Assembly: GCA_046262595.1 (NCBI GenBank)
Contig: JBHEMM010000048.1
Location: 1 to 13,972, forward strand
DNA from: Vulcanimicrobiaceae bacterium
GTDB taxonomy: Bacteria > Vulcanimicrobiota > Vulcanimicrobiia > Vulcanimicrobiales > Vulcanimicrobiaceae
Direction: 5' to 3'
Length of the DNA: 13,972 nt
A program made the position numbers and the translations under genes. Below, piece after piece: positions 9,352-13,972 of this stretch (position 1 is the first letter of the stretch; the number at the start of each line of letters is the position of its first letter). Under the pieces are notes generated by a model that did not search any database, had not been told where the DNA came from, and saw only the letters and a program-made list of their open reading frames with translations.

Positions 9352-9795
9352 ATGTTGATGCGTCACTTGCATGCCGCGATGTTCACGATGGCAACGCTCT
9401 TTGGTATTGCAAGCCCGGGCCCCGTCGCGGCGGCTCCGAATGACCTCGCGTTACCTGATTGCGCGGGGAAGCCGATCGTGAAGCCGTCGAGCGCCATTCT
9501 GACGTGTGCGGACGCCGGCGTTTCTGCAAGCCACATTCGCTGGACAGGCTGGGGAAATACGTTTGCCGCGGGGGTCGGAGCGGCGTCCGTGAACGATTGC
9601 AATCCCTATTGCGCCGCGGGTCACTTCCACACGTATAGAATCGTCCTTCTCGCGGACGGACGACAACGGTGCCCGAACGGTCGACCTGCATACGCTCGTG
9701 TCACGTACGCCTGGATAGGCCGTTCCCCATATCCCTCGAGTGGTGGAAAAACGACAGAGCCGGTCATTCCGTATCCATGCGGCCCGCGGCGTTAA
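9352..9795 (+). CDS. Secreted hypothetical protein with six Cys, 147 aa
   Basis: SD GGAGGT 4 nt before ATG 9352 (alternative ATG 9358). Signal peptide ending VAA-A. Pattern C..KP....TCAD....I.WTGWG...A.G....NDC.PYCA.G, which I recall from small actinobacterial secreted proteins. Confidence 0.75.
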   Translation: MLMRHLHAAMFTMATLFGIASPGPVAAAPNDLALPDCAGKPIVKPSSAILTCADAGVSASHIRWTGWGNTFAAGVGAASVNDCNPYCAAGHFHTYRIVLLADGRQRCPNGRPAYARVTYAWIGRSPYPSSGGKTTEPVIPYPCGPRR

Positions 9796-9896
9796 CGCCT
9801 TCGGCATGTGCCGGCGCCGCGAACTCTTGGAGCTAACGGTTCGTTCGATCGCTGCTGACGAGAAGAGCGTTCGCGGGTACCGAAGATGTGCGGGCG

Positions 9897-10193
9897 ATGG
9901 CTGACGTGACGCCGACCGGCAGTACCGGCGACGTGTTGTCGCGCCTTCGTGCGAAGGTTACCGCCGCGCTCACGGACGCAACCCGCAACAATCCGCTGAT
10001 TTATTACCGCAGCGCGACGACGGGCTTCGATACGCCGGATCTCGGCTCGGACTTTGTGACCAAGCTCCTCGACAAGTCACCGCTTCGCCGCGAGGATTTC
10101 GGGCCGCACGAAACCGCCCCGAAGGCGGGCCCAACCGTCGACGTCGCGCCCGCCGCTGATGGCAAGGTCGGACCGCCGGTCGACGCGCTTTAA
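9897..10193 (+). pseudogene. Truncated N-terminus of a DUF4011-domain (helicase-associated) protein
   Basis: LSRLRAKVTAALTDATRNNPLIYYRS resembles the DUF4011 N-terminal L.D...RN.L..(F/Y)R motif. The ORF stops after 98 aa. An out-of-frame MQT(I/L)WLAL-like remnant lies at ~10280-10305. Confidence 0.5.
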
Positions 10194-10413
10194 CCGGCGG
10201 GGGTGGGTCGATGCGACTCCGGCGGTAACGTGGTGCGTTGATCGCAAAAGCCATCGCAGCGCCAAAGGCGATCCTTCGAATGCAGACTATCTCTGGTTAG
10301 CGCTATTTTACTCGGCCTTACCCCAACAGGCCGAGCTGCAAGGGACTTGGAAACGCTTGAGAACGCATCGAGGAGAACTTTCGTGCTCCCGGTGCCATCG
10401 TGGAGGACTGCGT

Positions 10414-11259
10414 TTGCAGCCGAACGACACCATCGCTAGCGGCATCGAAACCGCACCAAGCCGAGCAAACAACTCCGGACAAGCGCTCGGCGGATCGTCC
10501 GTGGAAATTGGCACCGCCAAGCCGCCCACGAGAGCGAACGCGGCGCAGGTTCTCATCGAGCATCTTTTTGCCGACACCGACGCGCGCATCCCCGGCATCA
10601 CCTATGCTGTGGCCTATCGGCTCGCCGAGGAGTTTATCGGCGGAGACATCGTCGACGTCTATCATTTTGATAACAATTCCGTCGCACTCTCCATTGCGGA
10701 CATCTCCGGCAAAGGGGCTCGAGCGGCTGTGCATGCCGCACTCATAAAATACGGCCTGCGTGCACTCTGCAGTCACGGATTGACACCAGAACGCGCATTA
10801 CGTTCGCTGGACCGGCTCTATCTCGAGAACAACCACTTTGAAAACAATGACTCGTTCGCGACCGTCTTTTTCTCGCTGGTTGACCCCAAGCGTCGCATCA
10901 TTACCTATGCGTCGGCGGGTCACGAGCCGGTCATCATCGTGCATGCGAACAGCGAGGTCGAGGTCTTGGCGCCCACGGCTCCGCTCATGGGCGTGTTTGA
11001 CGACCAACATCACCTGTTCACGCAGGAAGCAATTCCCGTTTCGCCCGGTTCGGTACTCGTCGCGACAACCGACGGTCTGACCGAGTCGCGGAACGCGGAT
11101 GGTGAGATGTTCGGTATGGAGCGCTTCATCGCGTCCGTCAAGGCGAATCTTCACGATGACCTGCGCAAGACGATTGCTGCCGTTATTGATGAAGCGTTGG
11201 CGTTTGCGGGGAACCGTCAAACCGACGACATCGCCATCCTCGCAGCACGCATCTTATGA
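10414..11259 (+). CDS. Stand-alone SpoIIE/RsbU-type PP2C Ser/Thr phosphatase
   Basis: IGGDIVD, IADISGKG, YASAGHEP, TTDGLTESRN, DDIAIL motifs. SD GGAGG (10402-10406) lies 7 nt before the in-frame TTG 10414; GTG 10501 is an alternative start. Confidence 0.92.
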   Translation: MQPNDTIASGIETAPSRANNSGQALGGSSVEIGTAKPPTRANAAQVLIEHLFADTDARIPGITYAVAYRLAEEFIGGDIVDVYHFDNNSVALSIADISGKGARAAVHAALIKYGLRALCSHGLTPERALRSLDRLYLENNHFENNDSFATVFFSLVDPKRRIITYASAGHEPVIIVHANSEVEVLAPTAPLMGVFDDQHHLFTQEAIPVSPGSVLVATTDGLTESRNADGEMFGMERFIASVKANLHDDLRKTIAAVIDEALAFAGNRQTDDIAILAARIL

Positions 11260-11424
11260 GCGTTACAGGCTCCGGCCCCGCAAACCGCTGACACGCCCAG
11301 GAATCACGACACCGGCAATTCACGGGCGCTCGTGCGACCAACCTTCGAAACATTCGAATTGGTATTCCTATAACGTGCCGCTCCATGCCGTAGCCGCCGC
11401 GCCGCGTCGTGGCCCCGAAGGCGT

Positions 11425-12720
11425 TCACGGCAACTTCGGCAACGTATTCGGTGCTAAAGCACGGGCTAATGAAGAAAATATGGGGATGCTTGCGTCTTTG
11501 TGGGCGCCCTTTGCATCGAAAGCGCCAGGTTCAAACGTCACAACGGCCGCAATAGCCAGTTTTCTCGACGGGAGATAACCGACGGTCGCGTCGTTACCGG
11601 CAAAGTCCTTGGTTTGAGTGATCCAGGGACCCGAATTCAGCACGCCGAGACCGTAGTTAAATTTTACCGTTAATTTCCGACAAACCGGACATTTCGTATC
11701 GCTGTGCCCGAAGTCGACGAGGTTCGGACCGACCTGTGCGGCAAACGATTGTTTAGAGAGAACTTTACCGGTCCCAACGGCCTCCATCGTCTTGTTCATG
11801 TCCGTGATGTCGGTCGTCTGAATCGCCCCCTCGGCGGTCGTCCACGACGGATTCCAAAACGTCGATTCTTCATAGAACGGGTACTTCGGGTTGACGCCAA
11901 GGTCGGCGCGACGCTCGGACGTGAACGCATGCAAAACGGGCTGCGGAACTTCAGGCGTGGCAGAGCCCCGTGTCTGCTGGAGATCCATCGGGCCAAAGAT
12001 ATATTTCTTCATCGCTCGTTCGAGAGGCATGCCGGTCAACTTCTCGAGCACACGACCGAGGATCACGTAGTTCGTGTGCGAGTAGCCCCAGTTCGTCCCG
12101 GGTTCGAACATCATGGGCTTCGATACGCCGGCTGCAATGAGCTCCTCGGATGTCCACTGCCGAAAAGGATTCAGCGTCGTTCCATTTAGCAATTCGGGTT
12201 GATAAACATAATCGGCGTAGCCGGACGTCATGTTCGCCAAGTTGCGAAGCGTAACGCGGCTCGCATGCGGCAGGTTCGGCAAAAATTTTGAAAGGCGGTC
12301 GTCGAGGGTAACCCTTCTGCGGTCGACGAGTTCGAGCAGCAGCGTCGACATATACGTGAACGCCATCGCACCGTTGCGGAAATGCATCGCGGGGGTAGCG
12401 GGGACACCGCTCATCGACTCACCCAGACCGATCGTACACACATTCTGCGCGTTGATCCGAACCTGTAGGATCAGCGACTTGACGTGATACCGTTTCAGTG
12501 CATCGCGCGCGACGGTTCCGATAATTATGTGGTTCTCGCAGCCGACACGGTGTGTGCGAGCGGGTGAGATGCCCACAACGCTCGAACCGTGCCCGTGAGC
12601 AAATTTGTCCGTCGATGCCCCGATGCTTACGCTTGCTGCAGCGCGTGGAGCAGCGAAAAGTGCGGCGCACAAGAGAACGGCGCAACACGGCCAGAAGCGC
12701 CTAACGGGAATCGATTGCAT
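11425..12720 (-). CDS. Secreted beta-lactamase-fold (serine hydrolase domain) protein, LpqK-like, lacking SxxK
   Basis: Fold markers LVD..VTLDD.LSKFLP, VTLRNLANMTSG, FEPGTNWGYSHTNY, YGLG. The motif I position reads FRNGAMAF. Sec signal ends AAA. Start is ATG 12720 or GTG 12726. Confidence 0.88.
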   Translation of the reverse strand: MQSIPVRRFWPCCAVLLCAALFAAPRAAASVSIGASTDKFAHGHGSSVVGISPARTHRVGCENHIIIGTVARDALKRYHVKSLILQVRINAQNVCTIGLGESMSGVPATPAMHFRNGAMAFTYMSTLLLELVDRRRVTLDDRLSKFLPNLPHASRVTLRNLANMTSGYADYVYQPELLNGTTLNPFRQWTSEELIAAGVSKPMMFEPGTNWGYSHTNYVILGRVLEKLTGMPLERAMKKYIFGPMDLQQTRGSATPEVPQPVLHAFTSERRADLGVNPKYPFYEESTFWNPSWTTAEGAIQTTDITDMNKTMEAVGTGKVLSKQSFAAQVGPNLVDFGHSDTKCPVCRKLTVKFNYGLGVLNSGPWITQTKDFAGNDATVGYLPSRKLAIAAVVTFEPGAFDAKGAHKDASIPIFSSLARALAPNTLPKLP

Positions 12721-12800
12721 TTGCACCTTGCGATAATGGCACGCTGTACGGCGTCACGGATCAAAGAACCGGTTCGCTTGGAGGCGCACTCGCAAACGCG

Positions 12801-12827
12801 AGGAACGCGTTCCTAAATGCTTAGGAA
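12801..12827. promoter_or_regulatory. Overlapping palindromes, candidate transcription-factor operator
   Basis: Perfect 14-bp palindrome AGGAACGCGTTCCT (12801-12814) overlaps TTCCTAA-N4-TTAGGAA (12810-12827) in the divergent intergenic region. Confidence 0.45.
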
Positions 12828-12971
12828 ACGACCTGCAGTTCATTTCCAATACTAATAGGGTAGCGGGAAACGAACATCCTGTTGATACGAAAAAGTCACA
12901 CCAGGGATCGAGGATCGCTTGCTCGCCAAGCGTTTGTGTGCGAGACTTATAGGACGAACCGAATAGCGGTC

Positions 12972-12979
12972 ATTATAGT
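12972..12979. promoter_or_regulatory. Candidate overlapping bidirectional -10 elements
   Basis: ATTATAGT gives TATAAT on the minus strand (12972-12977) and TATAGT on the plus strand (12974-12979), between divergent genes. No convincing -35 on either strand. Confidence 0.35.
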
Positions 12980-13033
12980 GTGCGCGAGGATGTCGCACTT
13001 GAGTTTCCCGCCCGCGGTTTAAGAAGGACTATC

Positions 13034-13972
13034 ATGGGTTATGGAAGCGCGGCAATCACGTTAACGGCGACGTGCCTCTGTCTTCTGGCATGCAATAATT
13101 CATCGTCGCCGACCGGACGCGTTATACAAACGAACGCAGCTTCGGTCGATGAAGCGGTGGCTCCGTATATCGGCACGCAAACACCGGGCTTGTCGCTTGC
13201 GATCGGCTATCAGGGTAAAGTGATCTTCGCGAAAGCGTATGGAACGGCGGATTTGGCAAGCCGAGCGGCTATGACGACAGAAACTCGCCTAGCGGTCGGA
13301 TCACTTTTGAAACAAATGACATCCGGAGCACTGTTGACCCTTCAGCGCGATGGACTGTTGTCGATAGACGACAAGGTCAACGTTCTACTACCACAATACG
13401 TCTTTGGGAATCGCATGACGTTGCGCCAGTTGAGCTCGATGAGCGGCGGCTTGCAGGGTGCGGACGAGAACCCTCTGGGCGATGTAACATTCGGCATCGT
13501 CGGTGCATTCACGGGTAACAGCACCGTGCCGCAGATCTATGCGAATTTGAATGCGAACGCGCCCATTCGACCACCGGGTACGAAGTGGGACTACGCAAAC
13601 GTCGGCTACTGGCTGCTCGGCCGCACGATCGAGACGGCAACCGGAGACACCTATGCGAACGCAATGCAATCTCGTGTCTTCGGTCCACTAGGAATGAAGA
13701 CCGCATACATTCGCGGGGCGCAACCCGATGTGAACCTCGCAGCCGGCTATTCGCGCTTTCAAGACGGCACGTTTCACGCGTGCCCCGAACTCAATTTGAC
13801 GACGAGTGATGCTGCCGGAATGGGGGCGATGACGGCGAGCGACGTCATCGGTTGGGATGAGGCCGTGCGCGCGCAGCGCCTCGTGCAGGGATCGCTGGCG
13901 CAGGCGATGTTCACACCGAATGGCTTAGACGTTGGAAGCGCAGGACTGCCCGGCGATAGCTACGCGATGGGC
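13034..13972 (+). CDS. Serine hydrolase (class C beta-lactamase / D-Ala-D-Ala carboxypeptidase-like) lipoprotein; 3'-partial; absent from the ORF track
   Basis: My translation gives an open frame of 313 codons to the window end, with SD AAGAAGGA, lipobox LLAC (Cys20), PGLSLAI..GKVIFAKAYG.AD, motif I GSLLK (13301-13312) and motif II YAN (PGTKWDYANVGY). Confidence 0.9.
   Translation, partial: MGYGSAAITLTATCLCLLACNNSSSPTGRVIQTNAASVDEAVAPYIGTQTPGLSLAIGYQGKVIFAKAYGTADLASRAAMTTETRLAVGSLLKQMTSGALLTLQRDGLLSIDDKVNVLLPQYVFGNRMTLRQLSSMSGGLQGADENPLGDVTFGIVGAFTGNSTVPQIYANLNANAPIRPPGTKWDYANVGYWLLGRTIETATGDTYANAMQSRVFGPLGMKTAYIRGAQPDVNLAAGYSRFQDGTFHACPELNLTTSDAAGMGAMTASDVIGWDEAVRAQRLVQGSLAQAMFTPNGLDVGSAGLPGDSYAMG

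Noticed and set aside
10159..10413. N-terminal extension of the 366-aa phosphatase ORF
   Set aside because: No recognisable domain, it overlaps the DUF4011 remnant, and a good SD precedes TTG 10414.
11338..11363. CCAA-cc-TTCGAA-aca-TTCGAA-TTGG hairpin between convergent genes as a terminator
   Set aside because: AT-rich bulged stem with no U-tract on either strand; too weak to call.
12737..12752. TGGCACG as a sigma-54 -24 element (also TGGCAC near 4945-4950 on the minus strand)
   Set aside because: No TTGC/GC at the required -12 spacing.

Overview
GC-rich bacterial window with mostly metabolic and envelope genes, plus an accessory-looking right half that appears less GC-rich by eye. Left to right: the 3' end of a LIV-type ABC transporter operon (LivM permease, a fused LivG-LivF double ATPase and a translationally coupled DUF4231/SLATT two-TM protein); a secreted TPR plus tandem retropepsin aspartyl protease; a dienelactone hydrolase; a small Zn-finger-like protein with a structured leader; a decayed SAM methyltransferase pseudogene; an operon of an orphan solute-binding protein, a CaiB/BaiF CoA-transferase and a crotonase lacking both catalytic Glu; a pRiA4b ORF-3 family gene; a secreted 6-Cys protein; a truncated DUF4011-like N-terminus; a stand-alone SpoIIE/PP2C phosphatase; and a divergent pair of beta-lactamase-fold proteins. 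One of that pair lacks the SxxK nucleophile (LpqK-like) and the other is an intact lipoprotein missing from the ORF track; their intergenic region is rich in palindromes and potential structure. I saw no tRNA, rRNA, CRISPR array, integrase or transposase. No complete novel system can be proven from this window. The best leads are the dead/active serine-hydrolase pair, the Zn-finger gene with its switch-like leader, and the defence-associated remnants. Family assignments come from motif recognition, not database searches.
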